64,000 bases of DNA from Vicugna vicugna (taxonomy: Eukaryota), in NCBI GenBank assembly GCA_013265495.1, contig MU058423.1, positions 9,223,627 through 9,287,626 of the forward strand, given 5' to 3'. Within the stretch, counting starts at the first letter, position 1. Each line of letters begins with the position of its first letter. The position numbers and the translations under genes are program-made. Below the pieces are notes generated by a model. It did not search any database. It saw only the letters and a list, made by a program, of their open reading frames with translations, and was not told the DNA's origin. This document shows, one piece after another, positions 12,591 through 26,919 of this stretch.

Positions 12591-13286
12591 TGGGATCTTG
12601 ATGGGATGTGCTCCGGGATGGTTACCACGTTACTGGATCTTCGGTGGGACTTCTTTTTTAAATTAATCGTAAGTTTAAGAATTAAAAAAAAAAAAGATTT
12701 AATTGTACCTAAGTTTTCAAAGGTGGCTTTTGGTCACATTCCAGAAATAATGATTAGGTGCTTTTTCACTCAAGAGTTCTCTTTGGAACACGAAAGGAAT
12801 TACTATGTTTCTTAGAAGTCAGATACTTTAAGTAAACGTTGATATCATGCTGATGTGGTTTCTAATTTTCTTGGAATTCTCTGACCTTTTTGTCGGGGAA
12901 GCGCCCAGCTTTCTTCTCGTACCGCGGAGATACAGGAAAAGACTGCTGAGCTGCGCGTCAGGAAGCCTACATTTAAAATCTATGTAACACTGCATAAAGC
13001 ACTTAGGCCTCAATTGTTTTTAGAAGTGTGTGCAAAGGGGTGTGTCGGGGGTGGGGGAGATGGAGGGAGGGGAGGAGGGAGAGGAGAGAGGGGGAGAAGA
13101 GAGAACGGGTAACTGATTATAGATGGAAAGATTTGAGATGTGTTAGACTACAAAATAATTAAGCTAATTATATAACTAGGGTACATAGGTTGACTGATAA
13201 AACTGACTTATAATTCTGAAAGGATAAATTTAACTAAATTAAAAAACGGACTACTTCACACAGTAGATAATGAATCTTTAAAACCT

Positions 13287-13987
13287 GAGGTAGTAAATCA
13301 CAAGATACAGTTTAATTACTATTGAAATAGTACCAGGGCTCTGAAACAGGCAGTGATGGCGGGGCTAGGGGGACATTTTATTGAACTGTAACTTACAGAC
13401 AGAACAGTGCACAAATCACAAGTGTGCAGCTCAAGGATTTTCTGTAAACTGATCTTACACATATAAATAGCAGCTGATCAAGGCACACAACATTGCCCCT
13501 GCCCAGAACCTCCCCATGCCCTCTTCCAAGCACACTGCACACCCTACAAGGAAAACCACTATCTGACTTCCAATTGCATATATTAGTTTTGCTCATCTGC
13601 ATATTTATGTAAACGGAATCACTTAGCATGTACTCCACCGAATCTGACTCAACACTGTGAGATTTTCCTTCAGAGTAGCTCTGGCTGTAGTTTGTTCTTC
13701 TCATGGCTGTACCAGCGCTGATCTGTTCTTCTGTGGATGAGCATTGGGGAAGTTTCAAATTTGGGCTATCATAAATTGTTTCTTTGGACATTCTTGTGTA
13801 GGTCTTCTGTTGAAGGTATGAACACATTCCACTTTAGATACATACCAGCAATGGAGCTGCTGGTTTGTTTAAGCCCACTAGGTAATGCCAAATAGTTTTC
13901 CAGAGCAGTGGTGCCAATTTGCACTCCTACCAGCAGTGTGTGAGAGTTCCAGCCACTCCATGTCCCTGTCAGTACTTGGTTTTTTCT
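13287..13987 (-). repeat. Inverted duplication, copy B (probable donor locus)
   Basis: Reverse complement of 8801-9515; L1-like sequence continues beyond the shared segment. Confidence 0.95.
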
Positions 13988-15157
13988 TTTTTGTTTTAGT
14001 CATTCTGGTGAGAGTAGCTAATTTGAACCTACTTTTTTTTTGCTTTTCAAAGGCCTTATCCTGTATCCAATCTTATCATAATTTATCCCAACACAAATCG
14101 TATCGCCCACATTCAACAGACGTACCACACTCGCTTTCCTCTCCATCACTCCACTCACTATAAAGGCCTGGTTTAGGCCTGGCCAAACCCCACTATTTTC
14201 CAAATCCCAATTTTTAGTGTACCTCTTTAATAAAGAACTCCTAAAAGTTCAACGTGAGCTAGAAAGCTTACCAGCTTTGAATGTATATCAGATTGTGAGC
14301 TATACGTCCCGGGAGACAGAATGAAATGTCTGTTTAGCTGTTAAGTCATTTCAACTCAGTTGTGGGTGCTCCTCGTTTGTTAGTCCTGAGAAAACAAAAT
14401 TTAGTCATTGATTTATTGAGCATATGCTATATGTGAGGCTGGAATACACAAGGGTGAACAAGGCTCATGGGACTTTCTTGTACTAGGGGAAACCTCAAAA
14501 CCCCCATAATAATTCTCAAAAGAATTGTGAAATAAAGGCCAGACATTAGAAACAAAACGTTAAAAATATCCAATATGTTAAGGTGTCATATTTTGGGGTA
14601 GTGTGTCCTGAACCCCATCACTATGTTCTAGGCACTGGGCTCCATGTTGTTTTCAGGTAGAAATTTCAATCTAGCAGGAGAAATATTTCAATTGAATAAT
14701 GACTGATATAGAATTGTAACTATTTAAATGCTGCCAAGAGATTTCACAGAGTCCCATGAAAAGATAAGAAGGAAATCTGGTCGATAGGTCAGGGAAGGCC
14801 CATTTGATAGTGAAAAAGGATTTTAAAAAATGTTGAGTACAAACATGTTGTATTGAATTAGGCTTTGAATTTTTCTAAGCAGGGTTTGCATTTGTAACTA
14901 GCATATAAAGATGAACTTTCTTAAACATGTTCCTTTTTTTAAATAGCATAGAACTAGGGCTTTGCTTGTTTACAGTGGTTGAAATTTTCAAATAACTGTT
15001 TATAATATTCCAACATTTGGCAATGACTAGGAAACTGTCAGTTATTACAGAAATAGATGACATGGTTTTTGGCAACTGCAGGATAAATACTGGTGAGAAC
15101 AAATGTTTTACCTGTTTGTTGGGTCTTCATCAGGACTTGAAAAACAGAACCGTGTAA

Positions 15158-15283
15158 GGGGGAGGGTATAGCTCAGGGGCAGAGTGTGTGCCTAGCATGC
15201 ACAAGGTCCTGGGTTCAATCCCCAGTACCTCCATTTAAGATAAATAAATAAAAACCTAATTGCCTCTCCCCCAAAATAAAAAA
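15158..15283 (+). mobile_element. tRNA-derived SINE (camelid vic-1-like)
   Basis: ggggagggtatagctcag (A box)...gggttcaatcccc (B box), A-rich tail, TSD gaaaaacagaacc. Confidence 0.9.
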
Positions 15284-16084
15284 GAAAAACAGAACCACGC
15301 AGAACAGCCCACTTCAGCTTGCTTCACTTAACTGACCCGCTTCCCTCTGCCTCAGTTGTGAAAGCTCATCGTTACCTTCCTTCTTAACAGCAGTATCTCT
15401 TGTATCACCTCCCAGACAACTATTCTTCCCATCATTAGGAGTGATCGTTTACCGGAAGATGAATCTGTAATAGCGCAAGAAATAGACTAATTGCAGAAAG
15501 AAAGAAAGGGTAGAAAATTGAGTTAATTAAGCCATTTTGTAAGCCAAATCAGGAATGCTAATAGCTTATTTTTATAATTTCTAAGCACATAACTCTATGC
15601 ACTATCTTTACAAATAATATTGATTTGTTTGTTTTTCCCTTTAACTGTATTTTACTCTAGATAGGATAAGACTGAGTATAATATGCTTAAGAAATATGTG
15701 TATCACTAAAAATTTCCAACCAAAAATGATTAGAAAGTAATCAGGTCCTACTTTTAACTAAATAAAGATTCAACTGTATTTTTTTTTAAAGTGCACAGAA
15801 AGGTTTTTTATTTACATTCCTGTTTTCATCAAGATTCAGCTGTATTTTAACTTTTAAATTGTGCATAATTAAATAGGTCTCAACTAGCTCAAAATTCAAC
15901 TTGGGAATTTAAGTTTGAAATTCCTGATTCTATTGATTATCTCTTTTTTTTTTTTTCAGTTTGTCATCAAATTGTTCTGTAATCACATCTGGCTCTTGAC
16001 TGACAAATTTTCCCTTTTTTGGAGGGTCAACATTAGTTCTGCTGAGAAATGTTCTCACCTCTCCGCCTCTCCCCACCATACAAT

Positions 16085-16430
16085 AACTTTTTAAAATTAT
16101 TGAGAATAATTTTAATTGAGATATAATTGACATATAACATTATATTAGTTTCACATGTATCACATGATTTGATAGTCGTGTATACTGTGAAATGATCACC
16201 ACCATATCTAGTTAACGTTTATAGTTAAACACATTTTTTTTCTTGTGATGAGAACTTGTCAGATCTACTCTCAAAAAATAAACCCACTCTCTTAGCGACT
16301 TTCAAATACTTAGTACATAAATATAGTCACCGTGCTGTACGTTACATCCCCATGACTTCATTATTTTATAACTGGAAGTTTGTACTTTTGACCCCCTTTC
16401 ACCCTTTTTGCCTCCCCTCACCCCTCTCCA
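16085..16430 (-). mobile_element. L1MA-type 3' end fragment
   Basis: attgagatataattgacatataac...ttataactggaagtttgtacttttgacc. Confidence 0.75.
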
Positions 16431-19400
16431 CCATGGGAATTATCACAGCCCGAAGGGGAAATGAGTGAAGTGAGCTACCAAAGGAAAAACGTCTCCTCCT
16501 GGTGTCCCTACTGGTACAGCCTGACTTTATTTAGCAACAGGGAAGACTGTGTACAGTACCATGGGGTGATTTTCCTGTATCTATGGTCTGAAAGTTGAGA
16601 GAAAACTGTTAAAATCCACAGTTGTGAGAAGCCTTGAAATATGTATTAGTTGAAACAACAAAAAAATCACTTTGGTTCAACAAGTTAGGATCAGAATACA
16701 TGGATCAGAATGCTTTAAATAAACAAACAGTTGAAGTATTTACCTGACAGAATCCTGACCACTAAAGCGGTTTTAGAATGTTTTTGGCTGAAGCGATTTT
16801 TTCCTACAGGAACAATGGGAATAATGAAAGATTATTAGAAAATGGAATTGCTTCACACAGATAACATTTCTAATACAAAATCTGGGAATTATAGTATTGA
16901 TGGAACTTAGTCAAAATCACTCAGAGTTCTTGCAAAAGCAAAGATACTGAACCAGATAATCTGGTTGCTTTCAAAGTTTTGTCCAAGGAGGTTTAGATTT
17001 TGTAGGTATTAAACCTGAAGCTGCTCAGCTTTTTATTTATGAAACTGCTGTGAGGCCATGTGATGTCTATAGTTGCTATGGTAAGAATAAGGTACTTTCA
17101 AGGAATAAAAGAAAATAGGAGAGAGAGAGAAAAAAAGATGAAGAAAAGGGAAAAAGGGAGTAAGGAGAACAAATAAAATGGTAAAATGGAAGGTGAGATA
17201 AAAAGATAATAGGGTTTTATAAAAACTGCTCAGCTATTCCTAAATAGGATAACATTTCTAAAATACATAGAGGAACATTTCAACAGAATTACAAAAGACA
17301 GAAAAGAGTCAGTTACAAAAGTAAAGCTGAAAGACAAAAAACAGAAAAAAACTTGTTATCTAAGTTTTAAAACAGTAGATTATGCAAAATATTCTTGAAT
17401 TACTTGACAGGATAGGAAGGGAGTTATGACAACCATCTGATAAATGCATTTTCAAGTTATATTTCAATAACATGTAGCACCTATGAATAATTTTTGTAAT
17501 TTCAAAGGTGATGTAAAATTGGGGAGCATTTTCTAACACACAACCTATATCCTTCCCGCCGTCCTCCTTACTTTTATAAAGACAGTAGCTTGACTAGTGG
17601 TCTTGAGTTTGATGCTGTGGTTCTCACAGGCTGTCAGACGGTTTGATAAATTTGGAAGGTGTTTGACTCCCAGTGTTCAGTGTAAAGGTTGCTCTATTCC
17701 TCAGGGCCTATGAAGCAAATCTTGCAGAGCCAGATAATTATCAGAAAAACACTCATGAGCAGGCTGTTTTAATTGTTTCACGGTCTTACCTTCCTCGAGC
17801 AAGAATTCCTGGAATATACAGCTGTTACATTTGCTTGGTCTCGGTATTCTTTAAATTGGGGATGGGAAATTTGTTTCAGTTTTCAATTTAGTGTTGGGTT
17901 TGTGGTTGCTTATTTAGTTATTCTTCTTTAAGGGTGCGTGTAGGTTATAAGCTCTTTTCTATAGGCAATATATTTCAAAATAATTTCTCTTTCTCTAGAA
18001 AAGCAATTGTAGTTTAACATTCCTTAAGAAGTTTCTAGACTGAAAACTGATAAGCCATCTCTTTAACAAATCCAACCAACCATTCCTCCTTTAATCATAA
18101 ATGGTTTGTTCTTCCTTAGGGTGGGCACAAGGTAGAGCAGGTAGCCTCTGTGTTGAGGGCAGTTTTCTAACGAATGGGGGGCCCCGTGATGAAAAGGTTA
18201 CGACAGTGATGAGCAGTTTTCTTTAGCCCTTTGGGCAACACATCTCTGACGAGTTGCCACAGGCCAGGAGCACCTTCTTGTTTACTCCTGAATGGTGTTT
18301 AAACACCTTTTCCTACATATTCCACATATGTAAAGATTGGGAAGCACTGGTTTAGGGAACTGTGTAGTTTTATGGAAAATGGCATCTTTTAAACACTAGA
18401 ATCACACCTAACTCAATGGAATGTATTTGTTTATTTCTGAGTAAGCAGAGCTGAATTCCAGTAACTTAAATGAAGCTCTAACAGAAAGCTACTTTGGGTC
18501 TTAGAGTTAGTGCTCTGAAGTTGCTTAAAAATTTTTTTGTTTTCTAAAGATACTCAGAAACCAGGTAAGTCAAAGTCTATTAAACAATCACACTCTAGGT
18601 AATTATTCCAAACTATCTCATTTATTTTTCTGCTGAAATACATTTTTCTCCCTTTGTCCAATGGTGAGAAAGACCAAAGTAGAATTAAAACCAACCAAAC
18701 TCAAAACAACACACATTTTTTCAAAATTCCATCTTGCCTTATTATAGAGACTTCAGTAATAGGTATTTTGCTTCTTTAAAATTTAAGTGTAAAATTATGA
18801 ATTAAAAAAGTAAACATAAAACTGTGAATTATAAAATATGTTTTTATTTTAACCAAGCCATAAAATTTACAACCAATTCAAATTATGTAAACTTTGAGTT
18901 CTTTTTCCCCAAGGTAAGGCTTTGGGAAGTCATGAGAAAAAAACTTGGAGAAACCACTGATTAAAATAAGTGAAAAGATTATTGCTTATCTGTTCACAAC
19001 ATCTAGGAGACAATGAACTCACATTAAGCAAATTATATCTAAGAAATTACAGAGTATTTTTTGTTATTAGATGCTAGCCTTGGTCCCTGCTGACTATCAG
19101 TCCCAGATTGCACACCTCTCACACAGATCACTGTTATTTGGGCTCTGCTGTACGCAGGCAAACTTAATCCTAATATACTGCGGGTTACCTCTGTGAATCC
19201 TTACCGCCCTGCTGGGTACGTATGACCATCATCTTTGTTTTTACAGTTGAAGAAACAAAGACTCAGAGAGGCAAGTAATCAGCTTTGGAGAAAGCAAAGA
19301 GTCACTGAACAAAACTGGAATGAGACTGGGGCCAAATTATTGAGGATCTCAGATGTCCTCTGAGCAGTGGTGGGATATAATCAGGATTCAAGAAAGGTTT

Positions 19401-19889
19401 TCCTCAGTTCTATGAGGATAGAGTAAGTTGTGATCAATTATGAAGTCATCATGTTAGTCTAAGGACAAGACAAGCATGCAGATAGAAAGCAGGGAAGAGA
19501 TGAGAACCTGGGCAGGTCAAAGTGAGGACTGTGATTCCCCGAGTGTGATGTGGGAGTCAAGATGAGTCATTTTTGGAGCACTTCTCCTTTATGTAATGAT
19601 TACAGGAAAAGATGTTTAGTGCTCAGTTTTGTGCTTTCAAAATGTATCAGTTACAATAAATATGTTAATACTGAGCATTTGCATAATTAATTTCCGTATT
19701 TGTTAGTAAATGTCCATAGATACAACTTGTTTCCTTTGGTATTCTGTATCCTTGGGAATTAACCTTGATTTTTATCAAAATTTTTATGTACCAACTTTGA
19801 TAGTGGGCCATCTCTTAACTGTTATGCTCCCTATTTCCTCTGATTTTTCTCTTAGTGTTTTTTTAAAATTCAATTCTTTTTTAATCTTT

Positions 19890-20065
19890 AAAATTTTTTT
19901 AAATTACTGAAGTAGAGTCAGTTGACAATGTTGTGTCAATTTCTGGTGTACAGCATAATGCTTCAGTCTTACATATACACATATATTTTCATATTCTTTT
20001 TTATTATAGGTTACTGTAAGATACTGAATAGTTCCCTGTGCTACACAGTAGTAGAAACTTATTAT
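19890..20065 (-). mobile_element. Short lineage-specific L1 3' end
   Basis: tgaagtagagtcagttgacaatgttgtgtcaatttctggtgtacagc...atagttccctgtgctacacagtag. Confidence 0.85.
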
Positions 20066-21699
20066 CTATTCCTATCTCACTTTGATAAGACACTTACAGT
20101 TGAAATTTATCCAAGTTGTGTAACCTAACTCATGCACTCTGAGTCTGAATTTTTAGCCAGTGATACATCAGTTATCCTCTCAAGGCAGATGGCTGCAGAT
20201 ATATTTCGACCAGACGATAACAAGGGAGTATATATAGACCCAAGCAGAACAGGATCTGATACTTTCCATAGTCAGATGGGCAGCTGATAATAGCCACAGT
20301 TCAGCCTACATTTGGCTGGGTGGTGGCGAGAGCATGAGGGTGAGCACAGAAGACTGCAGTCTTAAGGATCTTTGCAAAAGGATTTGTAGTAGGAAGATCG
20401 GGGTTGAGTCTTGGTCCAGAGATTTACCGGTTAAGTGACTTAGGGCAAGACGCTTTAGCACTGTTCTCCTATATAGCATGGGTATAACACTTCCAATATA
20501 AAATTGCCTATTATATGGCAGGGGCTCATAAATGTTGGTTGAATCTGAGTTTTTTTATTCTGACTGGCAAAAACAAAAATTAGGACAAATTCCAGCAATC
20601 TAAAAAAAAACTGAATAAATTCAGACACTATGTTCTTAGAAGATTAAATACTATGTCAGTTCTTATCAAATTAACTTACAGTGTGAGCATAAGTTTAGTA
20701 AAAATGGTAATAGAATACTTTTTGGATATGGAAAAAGTACTTGAGAAGAACAAACAGGTGGGTGTATAAAAGATTCTAAAAAAGAAGAGTACAGGACGAA
20801 TGAGAGAGAAAGATGGTGAGAAAAAGCTTTAACAAATATTAAAGCAAAACATTATAATAGTTAAAAAAGTGAACAGGCACAGATAACTTCAATGGTATAT
20901 CCCAGAAGTACACCCTATTATTAAATAAAAATTCAGTAATTTAAAAAAGAAATCACTATAAATCAAATTGAATTCATGAGCTTGAATGTAACAATTTGGA
21001 AGAAACCTAAATAATGTCTCACACTGCATGCTGCCATAAAACATGTAACAGAGACACAAAGTTTTATTAAATTATTGAATGAGATTGATTACATTTTGAA
21101 GAGATGGAAGAGTTCACAAAGATAAATACTAAAACATTTGACTAAAGAAAAATGAAAAGCTTTTGTAAGTTAAATAAAAAACCTCTAACCAAAATAACAA
21201 ATATATTAAAAAGATACGTTAGGAAAAAATTGTGCCAAAATGGCAAAGTATCATTTAGTTAATTAAGTATCATTTAATTAAGCATCATTACTTAATAGTT
21301 CAAGACTCATACAAATGGAAGAAAGCCTCTCCCCAACTGAGCAACGATTTTGGCGCATTGAGGATCTATATAAACAAGTGGCAGGTTTGACAAATTGACT
21401 CACGCTCATGAAAGGTAAACAAAAAATTCACAGTAGCATAAAAGATTTCAAGAAATACCTGCGGACTGTATAGGTACTAACAGATCAATTTATACATCAA
21501 AAGTCAATTTTGCTCCTAATTTCAACATAGTTAATTAAATAATTACCAAACAGCCTAAAATTCTTCTTCCTCTCTCTGCCCCCACACATCCTGTGAAAAG
21601 ATAAAGTACCAAAAATAAGCAAGCCCTGAATACATGGTAGTAGTCAGCATGAATAAATTAGTTCACTGGTAAATAATGGAATGAAAGCAAAATATAGTC

Positions 21700-24090
21700 C
21701 TTTAGAATAAAGATTTTTATTTTCTTGGCACACAGACATAAACACGACATTTGCCCACTAGATAAGCAGTTGAAGACATATCAGAAACAGAAAATTACAA
21801 TTCACATAGGTTATAATGTTTGTAGACAGGATGACAGGTCTCATGTTTCCTCAGTTATCTTTGAAACATTAAATTATCACAGCATACTGGTTAAAGTGAC
21901 AAATTTCTGAAATTAAAGAGTAAGACTGATTTGAATTAATGAAGAACCCAGGCACAGAACCATTCTCAAAATGTAATATATTGGTACCTCATCCAGCATC
22001 ACTCAGGAATGAAGCATTCTATTTAAATGTTTTTCAGTCAAACAATTTATCCCTCTAAAGTCTAAAGCTGGTTATTTTAACTACCTTTGATGAAATAATG
22101 TGTAACATGCCTCTTAAACTTTAAAATAGGCCATGCATATTATAACAATGTTCTTTCATTGATATTCCTAATAAGGAACATGAACCACTTAATTTTCTAG
22201 TGCAACACAATATCCCACAAATTTTCTGAGGTGGATATTTGCCCTACTATAGGTAACCCCAATATGGCTATGTTTTAAAAATTGTCAACTTGATATTATT
22301 TATTTATTAGAATTCATTAATTTATTCATTTACTTATTTATCACATTTAATTGTCAGCCATTAATTCCTGCTTTTGTTAAATATGTTGATTTTCAGTTAT
22401 TTTTCTTACCACCTTTAACATAGAAGTTAAATGAGAACAACAGAACTGTGAATCTTGGATGACTAATGGTTCTCCCTCTCAAGAAGGGTCATTCTTTTTA
22501 ACTGCACAGCTTAGAGAAGCTTATACATTGAGTGACGAAGAAGGAAAGGAAACTTGGAAATCAATGCATTTATGGACAGTGGTCAGATTACAATCACGAC
22601 TGTCCTTACAGTTGTAGGATTTAAACTGCTTTAGGTTGGAAAACCAGAAAACCAAGCTAGTTTAAAACTACTCCTAAAGTAGGGTCGAGTATGGGTATTT
22701 GACATCTGAAGCATTTTTGTATTTTTACTACCCAGAAGTTTTAGTTTATTTGCTTTTCTCCTTTATTTTTATTCCTTCCTCATAGTTAAGGTGGTTGGGT
22801 ATGTGACCTCTAACTGAGGAAAGTGTTACTGCACCATTATTTTCACTATAAATATACTAATATTTGAATAATATTATATAGTAATAAAAGGACTTCTGCA
22901 ACTATTTTCTTTCAACTGAAAGTATAATGATCTAACTTAAGTGTTGTCTTGAGACAAAACCAGTAAAACAGTAAAAAAAAATTCATCTAGAAAATATGCA
23001 CTATTCAAAAGCGTCAAATCATACAAATGTTAAAAGCCTTTTTCCTTTTATGACTTTTCTAAATTTAAGGTATCTTAAACTAATATTAAAAACTTTTCAA
23101 ATGACTTTATTGAGTTCACGATAACTACTGAATTCATAGCTCTATAGTATATTACGATTGTTCTCAATGCTAAACTTGTCAATGTAGGTTCTGGTTCACA
23201 GGAAGTGAGTTATCAATACACTTTTACACACAAACTAAAAACAGTTAAGTTTTAGAAAAATTAATATGGCATTTTTCCCTTAAATTTCTCATGAATATGC
23301 CCAACAATTTACATTTTGAAAATGTAAACTATCTCACAGGAGGAAACTGGAGCTCAGGACTAATTTTATAAAACTGTTTTTATAAAATAAATTCCTAATG
23401 CTCTGTGATTTTTTCATATATCCTGTGCATCATCAGCACAAGTAAATTACGTAAATATACTGTTGATATTCATTATATTAAAAACATTAATATTTCAGTG
23501 AAAAAAATAAAAGCACATTATGAACATCTGTGCTTCATTTATGAACATATATTGTAGGTGGACACTTCCATGATTCAGCATTCATCTAGTACTTACTGAA
23601 TGCAGCTAGAAATACTGTAGTAAAAGGTGAGAACATTAATTAACCATAGCCTGTTTAGTATGTATTGTTACTGAAGAAAATATACTGCAATTCAAAGATA
23701 CTTTTCCATTTCTTTCACTATTACATTTTCATATTTCATCTTCACTTATGTACAAATAGAGGATTACATGATTTTTCTTTTTCAAACTCTGGATTTCAAA
23801 TTCTTTATTTCTAGGCATTTGAAGAATACTTTCTGAATTCAAAAGAAAAACACTCCATTGGTAATGATAATTTTTCTTTTTGACTCAAATCAAAAGCTAC
23901 TCTGTACATTAAAAAAAAAGAAGAAAGAAAAACCAGTGTTTTACAGCCTTAACCTAATTGGGTATCAATAGTATATGAATTAGATTTTTTAAATGATTTG
24001 TGCTTGTGCATATAAAGCATTTACATTATATTATGACCTTGCATTCCACAATACAATTGATTGCATACGTAATAAATACCCATGAGGCAA
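21700..24090 (-). other. AGL: AGL 3'UTR (~2.4 kb, AU-rich)
   Basis: Apparently repeat-free AT-rich sequence after the stop; its length to the AATAAA at 21716-21721 matches my recollection of the ~2.4-kb human 3'UTR. Confidence 0.7.
21716..21721 (-). terminator. Probable distal polyadenylation signal AATAAA of AGL
   Basis: tttatt on + strand; position consistent with expected 3'UTR length. Confidence 0.65.
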
Positions 24091-24243
<153 letters not shown>

Positions 24244-24699
24244 CTAACACATATCTTGTTGGATTAACAAAATAGGCAATACACCTGGTGATTTTGCCTT
24301 CTAGTATAGAAAACAATCATTTGTAGTCATTTACTACAAAATAAAACAGGATATCCTAAAGATTATAAAGAATTTAGATTCAAATTATTCTTTGACATTC
24401 AATCTTTGGGATTTAAGACTTTCAAATACAAAAGAATCCCTTTATGTATTAAAAAACGTAGAAGAAACTATCAATGCAAGCAACACAGAAGTAGAGAGGC
24501 CTACTTCTCAGGCCTAATTTTATCTCTTCTGGAGTAAGTTTATGAGACCCAAAGCGTAACTAAGTGAATGTATTACATCTGATCTTGACAAAACTGTAAA
24601 ATGAATATGAAACAATGAAGAACCACAGAATTATGATTAGAAAAAAAGTCACTTGAAGACAATCTAAATTTCTATAATTTCTCATTCTCCTTAATAGTA

Positions 24700-24865
24700 A
24701 TAGTTAGTATTTACTGTGCATTTATTATGTTCTGATACTAAGTACTTTATATACATTATCTCATTTAATGCTCACAGCAACCCTGTCAGGTAGGTACCAT
24801 AACTATTCCTGTCTATAGAGGAGGTAAAATAAGGTTAATAACTTGTTCCAGATCTCAGTATCGGA
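24700..24865 (-). mobile_element. MIR SINE remnant
   Basis: attatctcatttaatgctcacagcaaccctg..aggtaggtac MIR core. Confidence 0.65.
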
Positions 24866-25234
24866 ACAAAGCATTATTAGCATGTCAAATTTATTCTTAA
24901 TTTCAATGTAGTGTAATCCTTAAGTATGAAACAAAAATTAAAAAAATATCGAATTCAGTAATGTTTCATTTTTTAGTACATTTTAAAATTGATTTCATTA
25001 TTATGCTTTGTAACTCATGGCTGTTACATATACTTTTCTGAAGGTATCAAATATTTCACAATAAAAATGAAAAAATAACTCCATTAGGTAAATATGGAGA
25101 TACTTTGGGTAATAATAATATTATCAGCTAGGTGTCATAGAGAAATAGAAAATATAGAAAACTTATTTGTATCCAAGCGTTCAAGCTACTTCAGAGAAAA
25201 ATGCCAGATTACTGAAGTTGGGTACCTGGGTATC

Positions 25235-25661
25235 TGTAATGGGTTAAACTGTATCCCCCTCAAAATTCATCTGTTGAGGCCCTACCTCTCAGCACCTCAG
25301 AATGTGAACTTATTTGGATATTGGGTTGTTGCAGATGTAATCAGTTCAGGTGGATTAGAGTGGGCCCCTAATCCAACATGACCAATGTCCTTATAAAATG
25401 AGGAAATTTGAGCACAAACAGGCCCAGAAGGAGGCTGCCATGTGAAGGCTGGAATTATGCTGCAACAAGCCAAGGAATCAGCAGAGGCTAGGAGAGGGGG
25501 CCGGAAGCGATCCTTCCCTAGCACCTTCAGAAGGAGCATGGTCCTGCCAATGCCCTGATTTCAGATTTCTGGCTTCCAAAACCATAAGACAAGTAAGCTT
25601 CTGTTGTTTAAGCCACTCAGTTTGTGGTGCTTTCTTAACAGCAGCTCTAGCAAACTAATAC
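25235..25661 (+). mobile_element. MaLR solo LTR (MLT1B/C-like)
   Basis: tgtaatgggttaaactgtatccccc...aagccaaggaa...gtttaagccactcagtttgtgg...agcaaactaatac. Confidence 0.88.
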
Positions 25662-26294
25662 TGCACCAAAATTAAGAAACAAAACAAGCTTATAGAACCA
25701 TTAAGTGCTGCTCATAATTGAATATGAACACAAGAACGTGGCTACCCACACTGACATAAAGAAGTCCCCTTTCCCTTGCTTCCTGAAAAATTCATTCCCC
25801 AAGTCATTAGGTGGGACAAGAAGGTCAGTGAGGAGAAGAGGAGGGAAGGGCAGCAGAAGCACAGAGGGGAACATCAGAGTCTGGGGTAATGAGGACGGAG
25901 TTCACACCAAGGGTGGGGGTGGTCCAGGGCCCAGGTGGTGCAAGGGGAGCATCCATGTATATGAGTAGCTACGTGGGGTTGTCGGGCCCAAGGATAGTGA
26001 AGACGGCATCTATGTTTTGTGGCACCCCAGCGTGGAGTGTCAAAGCCTGACAGGGTGAGCTGGGTCCATGTGGTGCTGATAGCAGAGTATGGGGAATAGG
26101 TTACTCTCTGCTGGAAAAGGGAATCACAAATATGAAAAGGGAGAAAAGCAGAATTTAACACTAGAATTAAACAGGTGTGGAGGCAGGTTTTCAGTATACA
26201 GTGACAGATAAGTACGTAGAAATTTAAAAACATGGGCGATTGTTTTTCACTTGCAAATAGATTAGTGGCCTAGACAGAACATATTCGGAGCCAT

Positions 26295-26900
26295 AAAATA
26301 AGCATCGATAAGTTTAGGAAGGTTAGAGTCATATGAAGTATATTCCTTGACCACAAAGGAATTAATATTGAAACCAGTGACAGAAACATCTCTGGAAAGC
26401 TCTAAAATATTTGAAAACTAAATAACACCTTTCTAAATAACCCATGAGTCAAAGAAGAAATCGAAGGGGAAAACAAAGTATTTTCAACTGAATAAAAATA
26501 AAAACAACATATCAGAGTTTTTGGGTACTGTTAGTTAAGTACATAGAGGGAAATTTACAGCACTAAGTACCTATATGAGAAAAGAAGAAAGGTCTTTAAA
26601 TCAATGATTTCAACTTATACATTAAAAAAACCTGAAAAAGACAAATTAACCCAAAGTAAGCAGAAGAAGAGAATAATAAAAAGTAGAATAGAAATCAGTG
26701 AAATAAAAAGTTGAAAAACAATACAAAAAAAAATTGATGAAACCAAAAGCTGGTTCTTTAAGAAGATGAATAAAACCGATAAGCTGATAGCCAGGTCGAT
26801 AAGGAAAAAAAGAGAAAAAAATCCAACTCATCAGTATGAGGAAAGAGAATGTTGACATGACTGTAGATTCTAAGATAATATAAAAAGTAATAATGTACTT
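26295..26900 (+). mobile_element. Old L1 ORF2 fragment
   Basis: cttgaccacaaaggaattaa...aaataacccatgagtcaaagaagaaatc...aaccaaaagctggttctttaagaagat. Confidence 0.8.
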
Positions 26901-26919
26901 TAGATGAAACCATTTCTTG

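Noticed and set aside
15158..15230. tRNA-Ala-like sequences (also 31420-31490 and 63064-63138)
   Set aside because: Each is followed by a SINE tail and flanked by TSDs, so these are tRNA-derived SINEs, not tRNA genes.
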